Assembly (NCBI GenBank): GCA_044342325.1
Contig: JBIIPZ010000014.1
Span: 1 to 64,000, forward strand
From: Terrimicrobiaceae bacterium
GTDB lineage: Bacteria > Verrucomicrobiota > Verrucomicrobiia > Chthoniobacterales > Terrimicrobiaceae
Length of the DNA stretch: 64,000 nucleotides
Reading direction: 5' to 3'
The notes beneath the pieces are model-generated. The model searched no databases. It saw only the letters and a list, made by a program, of their open reading frames with translations, and had not been told where the DNA came from. A program made the position numbers and the translations under genes. Position 1 is the stretch's first letter. The number at the start of each line of letters is the position of its first letter. Below are positions 48,284 to 58,049 of the stretch, piece by piece.

Positions 48284-49330
48284 ATGGCCACCGAATCCAC
48301 CCCTCTCTCCGAAGAATTGCCGTTTCAAGTCCTCCGCACCACTTGGCAGCCTGTGATAAACTCCGCCGACCTTCCTGTGGGAAAAGTCACCGGCGCCACG
48401 CTCTTGGGAGAGTCCCTCGTCATCGCCCGTTTTCCCTACGGTTCGCTCCTCGCCGCGCGGAATGCCTGCCCGCACAAAGGCTACGACCTCAGCAAGAGCC
48501 ATATTTGCAATGGCCGCCTGCAATGTGGATACCACGGCTGGCGGTTTAACAGCGCTGGCGAGTGTCTGGACATTCCATCCCTGGTGAACCCTCCGGCCAA
48601 CAAGCTTGAACTCTCGCATCTGCAAAATTTCGCCGTTCAGGAGCGCTACGGAATGGTCTGGGTGCGCCTCTCCGAGCACGAATCCGCTCCGCTGCCCGAA
48701 GTGCCCGAATTTGAAAATCCCGACTGGACCTACATCGTCGCTCCGCCGATGCGCTTTCAGTCCGGCTACCGCAGGGAAGTCGAAAACTACCTCGACATGT
48801 CGCACTTCGCCTTTGCCCACAGCACCACGCTGGGCGTGGCCGCTAATCCCATCATTCCTCCCATGAAGATCGAGGAGTATGAGGATGGATTCCTCATGGA
48901 TGCGCCGTTCCCCGCGCTCGAGAGTCCGCACGAGCAGCCCGGCAAACTCCAGGAAGCCCACCGGCGCCGCCAGCGTTGCTATTTGCCGAACTTCACGACC
49001 ATCCGCCAAAGCTTCGCCGACGGCGACGAACGCGTGCTGGTGCACATCCCCAGCCCGATCTCATGCGAGGAATGCAAGGTCTTCTGGGCCCTCGCCATCT
49101 CGCCCGGCTTCCGTGGCCCCGCGCCAGAATGCCAAGTCGAATTCGCCACGGCCGTGCTCAATGAAGACCGCGAAATGTGTGAAAACCAAATCCCGCACGA
49201 GGTGCCGGTGAACCCCGTGAAAGGTGGCTGGGGCGTGCTGGTGATGCCCGGCGACACGCTCGCCAACACTTTCCAGAAAACACATCGTCAATGGCTCATG
49301 CGTTCCGCAAAGCAAGCCGTGCCGGTTTAA
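48284..49330 (+). CDS. Rieske non-heme iron oxygenase (VanA/demethylase-like alpha subunit)
   Basis: CPH...CGYHGW Rieske motif; ENYLDMSHFAFAH; NED. ATG at 48284. Confidence 0.92.
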   Translation: MATESTPLSEELPFQVLRTTWQPVINSADLPVGKVTGATLLGESLVIARFPYGSLLAARNACPHKGYDLSKSHICNGRLQCGYHGWRFNSAGECLDIPSLVNPPANKLELSHLQNFAVQERYGMVWVRLSEHESAPLPEVPEFENPDWTYIVAPPMRFQSGYRREVENYLDMSHFAFAHSTTLGVAANPIIPPMKIEEYEDGFLMDAPFPALESPHEQPGKLQEAHRRRQRCYLPNFTTIRQSFADGDERVLVHIPSPISCEECKVFWALAISPGFRGPAPECQVEFATAVLNEDREMCENQIPHEVPVNPVKGGWGVLVMPGDTLANTFQKTHRQWLMRSAKQAVPV

Positions 49331-49615
49331 GCACAACTTCCAAACGCCCGCCCCAAGCAGAATTTCCTCAACGGCCTGCACACCGACCACCTTGTGCTGG
49401 AACTCGCCCACCGCCCGGAAACCGACATCAAAGTGAACCATGTCGAAACAGCCGACGAAGTCGCATCCCGCATCGACCGCGCCGTCAAAAAAGCCAGACC
49501 CGGCCGCGTCCGCTGGGTGCACCCTGATTGCGGATTCTGGATGCTCAAACGCTCCATCGCCGACCGCAAAATCGAAGCTTTCGTCGCCGGCCGCGACAAA
49601 TACCTTGGTCGCTGA
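49331..49615 (+). pseudogene. C-terminal fragment of a cobalamin-independent methionine synthase II family gene
   Basis: FLNGLHTDHLVLELAHRPE/DIKVNHVETADEVA...VHPDCGFWML. No N-terminal part and an apparent internal deletion. Confidence 0.75.
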
Positions 49616-49643
49616 CCGGCAAAGCGCACGATTTGCAGGTGGC

Positions 49644-50981
49644 TTAAGAATCGCGGGCTGGCCAGACCACGAGAACAGGGCGTTCACATTTTTGGAGGAC
49701 ACCGAGGGCGACCGACCCCGCGAGGCGGGCGGCTGCTCCAGGTCTCGTGTGCGCTCCGATGCAGACGAGGTCGGCGTTGAACGACTCCGCAGCTTGGCAG
49801 ATCGCTTCGACGACATGGGAATTTTCAACGACGCGAATCTCGGATTTGACGGAGGAAACGCTGGGAGCGTCGGGTATTTGCGCGCGCAATTGTTCCGTGC
49901 ACTCGGCGATTTGCCGGGCTCTTTTGGTGGATTCCGAAGGTTTGCAGACATGGGCGATGCACACGGTGCCATCTTGATCGACGACAGAGTAGGCGTAGGA
50001 GAGAGCATGCGCGCCACTTGGTTTCAGGTCTGTCGCGACCAGCACACGGCGGCATGGATGCAAGGCCGGAGAGGATTCCAGAGCCTTTGGCACGCAGACA
50101 ACACTCATCGGAGCATGCCGTAGAATGCCGCTGGAGAATGACCCATTCGCCAAGCGCTTCAGGCCTTGGCGTTGATGTGTGCCGACTACGAGTAGGTCGG
50201 CCTGGTTTTTGATAGCGAGATTCACAATCTGGAGATCGGCTTTCCCCTCGCTGGCGCGCACCAAAATTTCAAAGGACTCGAATCCAAAAATCGCCGAAGC
50301 CTTTTCCCGTAAATCCCGCTCAAGTATCGCCTGGACGGTGGGCTGGTTTTCATTTGATTCCTGTGAGTCGCAAAGGCCGAGGCGCTTTTCTTCGCGATAC
50401 GGAGAGTTCACATGACCCAGCACCACTTCACACGGACCGATCTCCTTCAATTTGCCGACCCAGTGCAAGGCGGCGTCCGAAGAAGGCGAGAAGTCCGCGG
50501 CGACAAAAACCCTCAACGCCCGCTCCCCGCGGCCCCATGCCTCGAAAGGTTTGGCTGAGCGGACAGTGAGCGTGGGCACGGGAGCGGCTTCCGATATTTC
50601 TTCGGAAACACTCCCGAGCGTCCAGCGATCATAGGCCGTCTTGCTCACTGCTGAAACCACCAGCAAATCCACGGGATTTTTGGCTACGAAATCGACCAGG
50701 GCATCCTCGGCATATTGCCCGTGCAAGACCTCCCCGCTCACGCGCTCCAAGCTTGAAGATGCGGATTCGATCGCGTGCTTCAGCTTCTCGCGGGCAGGCT
50801 GCAGATACCGGGTTGCTTCCGCCTTCGTATCGCAGTGCACATTGAATTGGTCCGCCACATGCAGAAGCGTGAGCGGCTTGTGAAACCGCCCGGCCATGGC
50901 TGCGGCGGCGGCAACACCCTCAGTGGAATTTTCAGAAAAATCCGTGCCGCAAACAATCAATCGATCGGTCTTTGTTTTCAT
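49644..50981 (-). CDS. Universal stress protein (three tandem USP domains)
   Basis: IVCGTDFS, VFVAADFS, VLVATDL repeats; LGSVSEE, GSFSS, GSVAL motifs. Confidence 0.92.
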   Translation of the reverse strand: MKTKTDRLIVCGTDFSENSTEGVAAAAAMAGRFHKPLTLLHVADQFNVHCDTKAEATRYLQPAREKLKHAIESASSSLERVSGEVLHGQYAEDALVDFVAKNPVDLLVVSAVSKTAYDRWTLGSVSEEISEAAPVPTLTVRSAKPFEAWGRGERALRVFVAADFSPSSDAALHWVGKLKEIGPCEVVLGHVNSPYREEKRLGLCDSQESNENQPTVQAILERDLREKASAIFGFESFEILVRASEGKADLQIVNLAIKNQADLLVVGTHQRQGLKRLANGSFSSGILRHAPMSVVCVPKALESSPALHPCRRVLVATDLKPSGAHALSYAYSVVDQDGTVCIAHVCKPSESTKRARQIAECTEQLRAQIPDAPSVSSVKSEIRVVENSHVVEAICQAAESFNADLVCIGAHTRPGAAARLAGSVALGVLQKCERPVLVVWPARDS

Positions 50982-51033
50982 GCTTCAGCATAGCACTTCC
51001 AAGGCGAGTGCTCGTTTTTTGCGCGTGGGGTGT

Positions 51034-51153
51034 TCACCCCGCGAAAGAGGTGGGCGCGACCGTCTCGGTTGCGTAGGCTTAGGGTGTGGTTGGTCATCGA
51101 TGAGGCGGCCATGCGCATCGAGAAAAATGGGACATGCCGGAGGATGTCCCTCC
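51034..51153 (-). repeat. 120-bp REP-like element, copy B (inverted relative to A)
   Basis: See 47197-47316. Confidence 0.9.
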
Positions 51154-51168
51154 CAGTTTACGGTTGGG

Positions 51169-51205
51169 CCAGGCTGCATGGGGGGGGATTATCCATGCAG
51201 CCTGG
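51169..51205. repeat. Perfect 13-bp stem hairpin (REP-like)
   Basis: CCAGGCTGCATGG-N11-CCATGCAGCCTGG. Confidence 0.6.
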
Positions 51206-51593
51206 GCTGGGGAGAGTTGGTTCTTTTATCGGCTGACTCTGGGGAGGAGTTGTTTTTTGCGGAGCGTGACTGGTGTGGCGGAGTTACGCGCGGCGGCGTA
51301 GTTCCAATCATTCACCGGCTTTTTCCAGCACGGCATCCATGCGGCTCTCTTCGATTTGGGTCATTTGAGCAACGACCGGCTCGCGCTCTTCAGGATTGCT
51401 CATGTCTGCCGATTACAGGAGTATAACAATCGGTTTCGTAGGCCCTGCTGGACCGCTTGCAGCCGCGCTTGACGAAGCAGGGCCTTGTCGATGGGCGGGG
51501 TTCGGCGAATTCCGGTTGCTTACAAGTGATCACAGCACGCCCGTTTGAAAGAATGCTGTCTTTCTCCCATGTAATTTAATAAAGAAGCCCTTT

Positions 51594-53138
51594 ATGAAGA
51601 TCTCATCCTCTCCTGCGCGAATTGTTCTCGCCATCTTGGGCGTTGTTCTCGCCACAGCCTCGGTGCATGCCTCAACGAAGCAAAAAAAACCCAATATCCT
51701 CGTCATCTGGGGAGACGACATCGGCCAGTTCAACATCAGTGCGATCAATCGTGGTATGATGGGTTATCGCACTCCGAACATCGACAGCATCGCAAACGGG
51801 GGTGCGTATTTCACCGACTGGTATGGCCAACAATCCTGCACCGCGGGGCGCGCGGCTTTTATTACTGGCCAGTCCCCTATTCGCACCGGCCTGACCAAAG
51901 TCGGTCTCCCCGGCACTCCCGAGGGTATGAAAAAAGAGGATCCAACCATCGCGACACTTCTCAAGGCGCAAGGTTATGTAACCGGCCAGTTTGGAAAAAA
52001 CCATCTCGGTGACCGAGACGATATGTTACCGACCAGTCATGGTTTTGATGAATTTTTTGGAAATCTCTACCACCTCAACGCAGAGGAGGAGCCGGAGAAC
52101 CCCGATTATCCGAAGAACCCGGAGTTCAAAAAGAAATTTGGCCCGCGCGGCGTGATTCATAGCTTCGCGGATGGTCGTATCAAGGACACCGGGCCTCTCA
52201 CGAAAAAGCGCATGGAGACCATCGACGAGGAGGTGACGGAAAAGGCTATTGATTTCCTGGAGCGCGCCAAGGAGGAGGACAAGCCGTTTTTCCTCTGGTG
52301 GAACTCCACGCGCATGCACATCTTCACGCATCTCAAAGAAGAGTCCGATGGCAAAACAGGGCTTGGCATTTACGCCGACGGAATGGTCGAGCACGATGGA
52401 CAAGTCGGCGAGTTGCTCGCGAAACTCAAGGAGCTCGGCTTGGATGAAAATACGATCGTCATGTATTCCACCGACAACGGCGCTGAGGCATTTACTTGGC
52501 CTGATGGCGGCTCAACCATGTTCCGTGGTGAGAAAAATACGCAGTGGGAGGGCGGTTATCGCGTGCCGACTTTCATCCGCTGGCCCGGTGTGATCAAGCC
52601 CGGCACTGTGATCAATGAGATCGGCGCACATGAAGACATGTTGCCAACATTTCTTGCTGCGGCAGGCGACACGACCGTGAAGGAAAATCTGCTCAAAGGG
52701 GCAAAAGTTGGTAACAGCACCTACAAAGTGCACCTTGATGGCTACAATCTCCTGCCCACGCTCATGGGAGAGGCGGCTTGGCCTCGCAAGGAGTTCATTT
52801 ATTGGACGGATGATGGCAGCGTAGCGGCGCTGCGATACGAAAATTGGAAGATCACCTTCCTCAAACAAAACGCCCACGGCATGGATGTGTGGCTCCAGCC
52901 CTTTGAGGAACTGCGCGCACCGATGGTCACCAACCTCCGAATGGATCCCTTCGAGCTCGCTCCCGACATCGGCATGGGCTACCAGCGTTGGTATCTGGAC
53001 CACATGTTCGTCATTGCCCCGGCTGCGAGCTATGTGGGCACTTGGCTGCAGAGTTTCCGTGAGTTCCCGCCGCGCCAGAAGCCAGGCAGCTTCAATCTCG
53101 ACCGCGTGATGGAGTCGGTCACCAAAGTCTCCCAATAA
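51594..53138 (+). CDS. Arylsulfatase (Cys-type FGly sulfatase)
   Basis: Signal peptide; PNILVIWGDD, SCTAGR, GKNHLG, TDNG. Confidence 0.95.
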   Translation: MKISSSPARIVLAILGVVLATASVHASTKQKKPNILVIWGDDIGQFNISAINRGMMGYRTPNIDSIANGGAYFTDWYGQQSCTAGRAAFITGQSPIRTGLTKVGLPGTPEGMKKEDPTIATLLKAQGYVTGQFGKNHLGDRDDMLPTSHGFDEFFGNLYHLNAEEEPENPDYPKNPEFKKKFGPRGVIHSFADGRIKDTGPLTKKRMETIDEEVTEKAIDFLERAKEEDKPFFLWWNSTRMHIFTHLKEESDGKTGLGIYADGMVEHDGQVGELLAKLKELGLDENTIVMYSTDNGAEAFTWPDGGSTMFRGEKNTQWEGGYRVPTFIRWPGVIKPGTVINEIGAHEDMLPTFLAAAGDTTVKENLLKGAKVGNSTYKVHLDGYNLLPTLMGEAAWPRKEFIYWTDDGSVAALRYENWKITFLKQNAHGMDVWLQPFEELRAPMVTNLRMDPFELAPDIGMGYQRWYLDHMFVIAPAASYVGTWLQSFREFPPRQKPGSFNLDRVMESVTKVSQ

Positions 53139-53278
53139 TTTAGGTTGCTCAATTTTTCGATTCAAAAGCCGTTTCGATTGATGCCCTTTTATTTCTTTGT
53201 CTTCCGAAAGTTTGCGCTGGCACAATTGAAAGTCGAACAGGGCTCCGATGACGCCGAAATCCAAGCCATCCTCATGAA

Positions 53279-54262
53279 ATGAAGCTCACGCCACATATTC
53301 TTGCCCTGCTTCTCGCGTCGGCTCTGCCGTCTCTTGCTTTGGCCGACCCCCTTCCTTCTTGGAACTCTGGCGCGGCTAAGCAAGCCATCCTCGACTTCGT
53401 CGAAAAAACCACCGCCCCAGATTCCAAGGATTTCGTTCCTCTGCCAGAGCGTATCGCTGTTTTCGACAACGACGGAGCACTCTGGCCTGAGAACCCGGTG
53501 CCTTTCCAACTTGCCTTCACGCTCGACGAATTGCGCCGCCGCCTGCCCGAGGAGCCCTCGTGGAAAGACGATTCCGCTGTGAAAGCCGCGCTTGCTGGTG
53601 ATGTGCCGGCATTGCTTGCAGATCATTACAAGGGCCTTTCCCGCATCATCGAACTGGTTGGGTCTGGAATGACCACGGAAGACTTTGCCGCCCGCGTGCG
53701 CGCTTGGTTTTCCACCGCGCGGCACCCGCGTTTCAAGCGCCCTTACGATCAACTTGCCTACCAACCCATGCTGGAGGTGTTGGAATTTCTCCGCGCCAAT
53801 GGATTCAAAACTTTCATCGTTTCCGGTGGCGGGGCGGATTTCCTGCGAGTCTTCACGGAAAAGACCTACGGCATTCCGCCCGAGCAGGTCGTCGGCTCCA
53901 ATACCCGGGCCGTTTTTGAATTAAGAGATTCCGGGCCCGTGCTGGTGAAAACAATGGACGACCTCTTCATTGATGACAAATCGGGCAAGCCTGTCGGTAT
54001 CCATCAATTTATTGGCCGCCGCCCCATCGCTGCATTCGGCAATAGCGATGGTGATAAGCAAATGCTGGAATACACCACCATCAGCAATCCCCGTCCCTCC
54101 CTCGGGCTGATCGTCCACCACACCGATGCCGAACGCGAATACGCCTACGACGCGAAGCCCAAAAGCACAGGCCAACTTGTCGCAGCTCTGGCCGAAGCAG
54201 GGGATCGAGGGTGGATCGTTGTTGATATGAAAAAAGACTGGCGACGGATCTTTTCGGAGTAG
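53279..54262 (+). CDS. Secreted HAD-family hydrolase (nonspecific acid phosphatase-like)
   Basis: Signal peptide; VFDNDG, IVSGG, GK, FGNSDGD. Confidence 0.9.
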   Translation: MKLTPHILALLLASALPSLALADPLPSWNSGAAKQAILDFVEKTTAPDSKDFVPLPERIAVFDNDGALWPENPVPFQLAFTLDELRRRLPEEPSWKDDSAVKAALAGDVPALLADHYKGLSRIIELVGSGMTTEDFAARVRAWFSTARHPRFKRPYDQLAYQPMLEVLEFLRANGFKTFIVSGGGADFLRVFTEKTYGIPPEQVVGSNTRAVFELRDSGPVLVKTMDDLFIDDKSGKPVGIHQFIGRRPIAAFGNSDGDKQMLEYTTISNPRPSLGLIVHHTDAEREYAYDAKPKSTGQLVAALAEAGDRGWIVVDMKKDWRRIFSE

Positions 54263-54290
54263 TTTTTAGCTTCTCGCGAAGCCACATCTT

Positions 54291-55523
54291 ATGAAACGAC
54301 TCGTTCTTTCCTTCTCAATCAGCCTGACCACGCTCCTGGCGCAGATGGAATCCCAGCCTGCAACTTATGAGGCGCTTCAGTCGGTCTCTGTGGCCGATTT
54401 CGTTCCCGCCGCAAAGCTGAGCAGCTCGCTTTACACCATTGCTCCGGCCGCGCAGCCGGACGGCCTGCATCTCACCTACACGCTTCAAGGCCCCCATGGC
54501 GCCGAATCCGTCACAGGCACGCAAAGCCTTGCTGTTCGCACCAGCGAGATCCAAGCGATCACGGCGCTCGATGCGCTTGATGGATCCGAGGAGTTCGGAA
54601 AGGCACTCGTCAAAGCGGGCGCCGAGAAGGTCGAGAGTGTGAAGGAAGCCGCAAAAGATCCCCTCGGCACGGTTCAACGCCTTCCCCAAGGCGCTGCCCG
54701 CTTGCTCGGACGCGTCGGCGACGCTGTCAAAAACACTGCCGAGGGCAAAGCGAATCCACGCTCCGGAGCCGAGGCGGTTCTTGGTGTTTCGCGCAAAAAA
54801 TCCGCGCTGGCCGTCCAGCTCGGAGTCACACCTTATTCTAGAGATGTCCTCCTGCAGGAAAAGTTGGATGCCACCGCACGAGCCATGGCAGGCGGCGCGC
54901 TTGTGGTCGACCTCTCCGGCTTCTTGCTCAGCGGGGGAGTGGGCACCGCGATTTCCGTGGTGAATGTGAACCAAACACTCCAACGCACGCTCATCGAATC
55001 CACGCCGCAGGAAATGAGCATCAAAAACCGCGCTGCGCTCACAGCCCTCGGAGCCTCTCCCACCGAGGTGGAAGGGTTTCTTTCCAACACCTCCTTCTCA
55101 CCTTGGCAGAAGACAATTCTCACCACCGATCTGCAAGATATCGGCCGAAATCCCGATCCGTTTCTTCGCCTCGCATCCAAGGCCACCACGCCGGAGCAGG
55201 CTCTCGACTTCATGCAAGTCGCGCATATTTTGCGGAAGCACCACCAAGATTCCGCAGCCCTTGTGTCGTTTCGGGAAGAAGCGGGTGTTCTTGCAGCTCT
55301 GGATTCCCAGGGCGTCCTGGTCGCCCCTCTCGCGGGTGATCTCATACTTTGGATGGAACCGACTGAATCCCGCGCGAGCACGCTTCGCAAGATGGCGCAG
55401 GACGATCCCAATGTGAAATCCCTCGCCCTCGCGACCGACGGAGTCCTCTCTGCACGAGCTGTGGATGAATTCACCAAACGAGGCATCGTCACGATCCCTC
55501 AAGCCCTTGGCCCGATTCGTTAA
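54291..55523 (+). CDS. Hypothetical secreted protein
   Basis: 410-aa ORF with signal-like N-terminus inside the sulfatase operon. Confidence 0.8.
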   Translation: MKRLVLSFSISLTTLLAQMESQPATYEALQSVSVADFVPAAKLSSSLYTIAPAAQPDGLHLTYTLQGPHGAESVTGTQSLAVRTSEIQAITALDALDGSEEFGKALVKAGAEKVESVKEAAKDPLGTVQRLPQGAARLLGRVGDAVKNTAEGKANPRSGAEAVLGVSRKKSALAVQLGVTPYSRDVLLQEKLDATARAMAGGALVVDLSGFLLSGGVGTAISVVNVNQTLQRTLIESTPQEMSIKNRAALTALGASPTEVEGFLSNTSFSPWQKTILTTDLQDIGRNPDPFLRLASKATTPEQALDFMQVAHILRKHHQDSAALVSFREEAGVLAALDSQGVLVAPLAGDLILWMEPTESRASTLRKMAQDDPNVKSLALATDGVLSARAVDEFTKRGIVTIPQALGPIR

Positions 55524-55534
55524 AATTCACCGTT

Positions 55535-56584
55535 TTGAATACGCTCCCACTGATCCTGACACTGGGAGCGTTTCTTTTTGTTGGATGCCAGCCCGCGCCA
55601 CAAACAGACGGCATGGTTTTGATTCCGGGCGGCGAATTCGTGATGGGCTCCGATGCCGAGTATGCGTTTCCCAATGAGCGGCCGGCGCATCGCGTAAAGG
55701 TGAAGCCATTCTTTTTGGATATCTATCCGGTCACGAATGCCGAGTTTTCCAAATTCGTGAAAGCCACCGGCTATGTCACCCTCGCCGAGCGTGCTGTGGA
55801 TTGGGAAGAAATGAAAAAGCAAGTCCCACCAGGCACGCCTAAACCGCCTGCCGATGTTCTTGCGCCCGGCTCTTTGGTTTTTCAATCCACCAAGGGCCCG
55901 GTGGATTTACGCGATCTATCCGCATGGTGGCGATGGACGCATGGCGCGTCGTGGTCACATCCCGAAGGGCCCGGCAGCAGCATTGCGGGCAGGGAGAATC
56001 ATCCCGTGGTCCACATCGCTTGGGAGGATGCGAATGCCTACGCTGCATGGGCCGGGAAGCGGCTTCCCACCGAGGCGGAGTGGGAATTTGCGGCGGTTGG
56101 AGGCAACGAGGGACACCGCTATGCTTGGGGCAACGAGGAACGGCCCGTCGGGCGCTTCATGCTGAATCGCTGGACGGGTCAATTTCCATACCGTAACGAC
56201 GCCTCGGACGGATTCGCAGGAACTTCGCCGGTCGGCTCCTTTCCCGCGAATGGCTACGGGCTTTACGACATGGGTGGCAATGTCTGGAACTGGTGCAGCG
56301 ACATTTATCGCGCCGATGCCTTTGCCGAGCGCTCCCAGAGCGGCGAGATCTGTTGCGATCCCGCCGGCCCTAAAACCACGCAAGGCGAAAAAGTCATTCC
56401 AGGCGACCCTTCGCCGCCCACAGTTCCTGGAGTGGAACGCCGTGTCACCAAGGGTGGATCGTTTCTCTGCCATCCGGATTACTGTGAAAGCTATCGCCCC
56501 TCGGCGAGGCGTGGCACACCGCCGGATACGGGAAGTAGCCATGTCGGTTTCCGCTGCGCGAAAGATGCTGCTCCGGTAGAGTAG
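55535..56584 (+). CDS. Formylglycine-generating enzyme (SUMF1) family protein, predicted lipoprotein
   Basis: LFVGC lipobox; RLPTEAEWE, NGYGLYDMGGNVW, GGSFLCHPDYC, GFRC. Confidence 0.92.
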   Translation: MNTLPLILTLGAFLFVGCQPAPQTDGMVLIPGGEFVMGSDAEYAFPNERPAHRVKVKPFFLDIYPVTNAEFSKFVKATGYVTLAERAVDWEEMKKQVPPGTPKPPADVLAPGSLVFQSTKGPVDLRDLSAWWRWTHGASWSHPEGPGSSIAGRENHPVVHIAWEDANAYAAWAGKRLPTEAEWEFAAVGGNEGHRYAWGNEERPVGRFMLNRWTGQFPYRNDASDGFAGTSPVGSFPANGYGLYDMGGNVWNWCSDIYRADAFAERSQSGEICCDPAGPKTTQGEKVIPGDPSPPTVPGVERRVTKGGSFLCHPDYCESYRPSARRGTPPDTGSSHVGFRCAKDAAPVE

Positions 56585-56735
56585 TGTGGCAATTTGCGTT
56601 CAACTTATCCCCGTCCGAATTTGAAAAATGTATGATCACAAAGGATGTCTCTTCCTTTTCAGCGCGACTTCGTTTCGTTCACGGATCGTCTTTTTGTCTC
56701 TTGCCCGTGATCTCGGGCAGGCTTAAGTTTCGGCC

Positions 56736-56954
56736 ATGCATCCCGTGGTGAATATCGATGATCCGGTTGGGAAGGTCGTCGGCAAGCGCGCCAACCTCAC
56801 GCAAGAGAATTACATCGATTACGCAATGAGCCTGCAGAATAGCTTGCGAGGGTTTCCACAACCGAAAATTCCGAAAGGGGTTTTTCGATTCAAAACACAT
56901 GAGGATGCCGACCAATGGCTAATGGACCATTTGATCCGGAAACCGGCGAATTGA
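56736..56954 (+). CDS. Small partner protein of a nucleotidyltransferase (putative TA module)
   Basis: 72 aa with GVFRFKTHEDADQW; promoter TTGCCC-N17-TAAGTT lies 6 nt upstream. Confidence 0.7.
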   Translation: MHPVVNIDDPVGKVVGKRANLTQENYIDYAMSLQNSLRGFPQPKIPKGVFRFKTHEDADQWLMDHLIRKPAN

Positions 56955-57439
56955 TCCCCCGCTCGCCCGAGCGCAAGGATTTAGTTGAACTCTGCCGCGA
57001 GCTGCACCACCGCGGCGCTAAGTTCATGGTCGTAGGAGGGTTTGCCATCATTTTATCTGGCTATCCTCGAACCACTGGCGACATCGACATTCTCATCGAC
57101 ACCGACTTGGAAAATGAGGCACGCGTTTACGAGGCTCTCGCCACTCTTCCGGACGGCTGTGTGCGGGAACTCGAAGCCGGTGAAGTCGAAAAATACACCG
57201 TCGTGCGCGTGGCAGACGAAATCCTTGTGGACCTCATGGCAAAAGCTTCCGGCATCGACTACCACGAAGCCTCCCAAAGTCTCGTCATTCACGAAATCGA
57301 TGGCGTTCCGATCCCCTTCGCCAGCCCCGAGCTGCTCTGGCGCATGAAGTGCCGCGCCGGCCGTGAAAAAGATCGCGGCGATATCGAATTCCTGCGGCAG
57401 TATTTCATGGCTAAAGGCATTCAGCCTCCGATGCCTTGA
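56951..57439 (+). CDS. Minimal nucleotidyltransferase (DUF6036/AbiEii-like)
   Basis: VVGGFA, RTTGDIDILID, K..REKDRGD. Start TTG 56951 (TTGA overlap) or ATG 56915. Confidence 0.85.
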   Translation: MIPRSPERKDLVELCRELHHRGAKFMVVGGFAIILSGYPRTTGDIDILIDTDLENEARVYEALATLPDGCVRELEAGEVEKYTVVRVADEILVDLMAKASGIDYHEASQSLVIHEIDGVPIPFASPELLWRMKCRAGREKDRGDIEFLRQYFMAKGIQPPMP

Positions 57440-57454
57440 CTGGTTCAGAAGGGG

Positions 57455-57475
57455 GCATGGCCGTCCCGGCCGTGC
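57455..57475. repeat. REP-like palindrome
   Basis: GCATGGCCG-TCC-CGGCCGTGC. Confidence 0.5.
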
Positions 57476-57654
57476 AGGCGCTGGATATCTTTGACTCGGG
57501 TTTTTCGGGCCGAATCAACAGCGTCATCTCTTCAAAAAATTCGCGTCCCTCCGAGCATCTGTCTGGGTGGAGTGTTCGTAAGACTTGGTAAGCGCCACAT
57601 TTCGGCGAAAAGTATGAGTCTCTTGAACTCCCAATCTTTGATTCAAATTGTCCC

Positions 57655-57906
57655 ATGAAAACCACGCTTTTGCCCGAGCAGATTTCCCGGATCGTGCGGT
57701 TGGCTTGGGAGGATAGGACGAGTTTCGAGGAAATTGAGAAGCGCACAGGCTTTGTGGAGCGGGATGTCATTGAGGTCATGCGCCGCGAGTTGAAGCCCTC
57801 AAGTTTTCGTCTTTGGCGTAAAAGAGTGAACGGCCGCATCACCAAGCATAGGCGCCTGCTCGAGCGCAAGCTCAAGGGACCACCGACTGCGGACTTCGAT
57901 GACTGA
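57655..57906 (+). CDS. TIGR03643/DUF2805 family protein
   Basis: RLAWEDRTSFEEI, MRRELKPSSFRLWRKRVNGRITKH. Confidence 0.9.
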   Translation: MKTTLLPEQISRIVRLAWEDRTSFEEIEKRTGFVERDVIEVMRRELKPSSFRLWRKRVNGRITKHRRLLERKLKGPPTADFDD

Positions 57907-58049
57907 AATCGGCAAGGCTTTGCCGCAAACAACGGGTTGGTGGAATCAGGCCTACGCCGATGCGGAGTCGGTGGACTACACTGATCCGGACATGAAATCC
58001 GACGCTTTTTACTATTGCCCCGTTTAGCCGGGGGATATACATTTCGAGA

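Noticed and set aside
50896..51426. 176-aa ORF in the USP-sulfatase gap
   Set aside because: It runs through REP-like repeats, overlaps the USP start and has no recognisable protein features.
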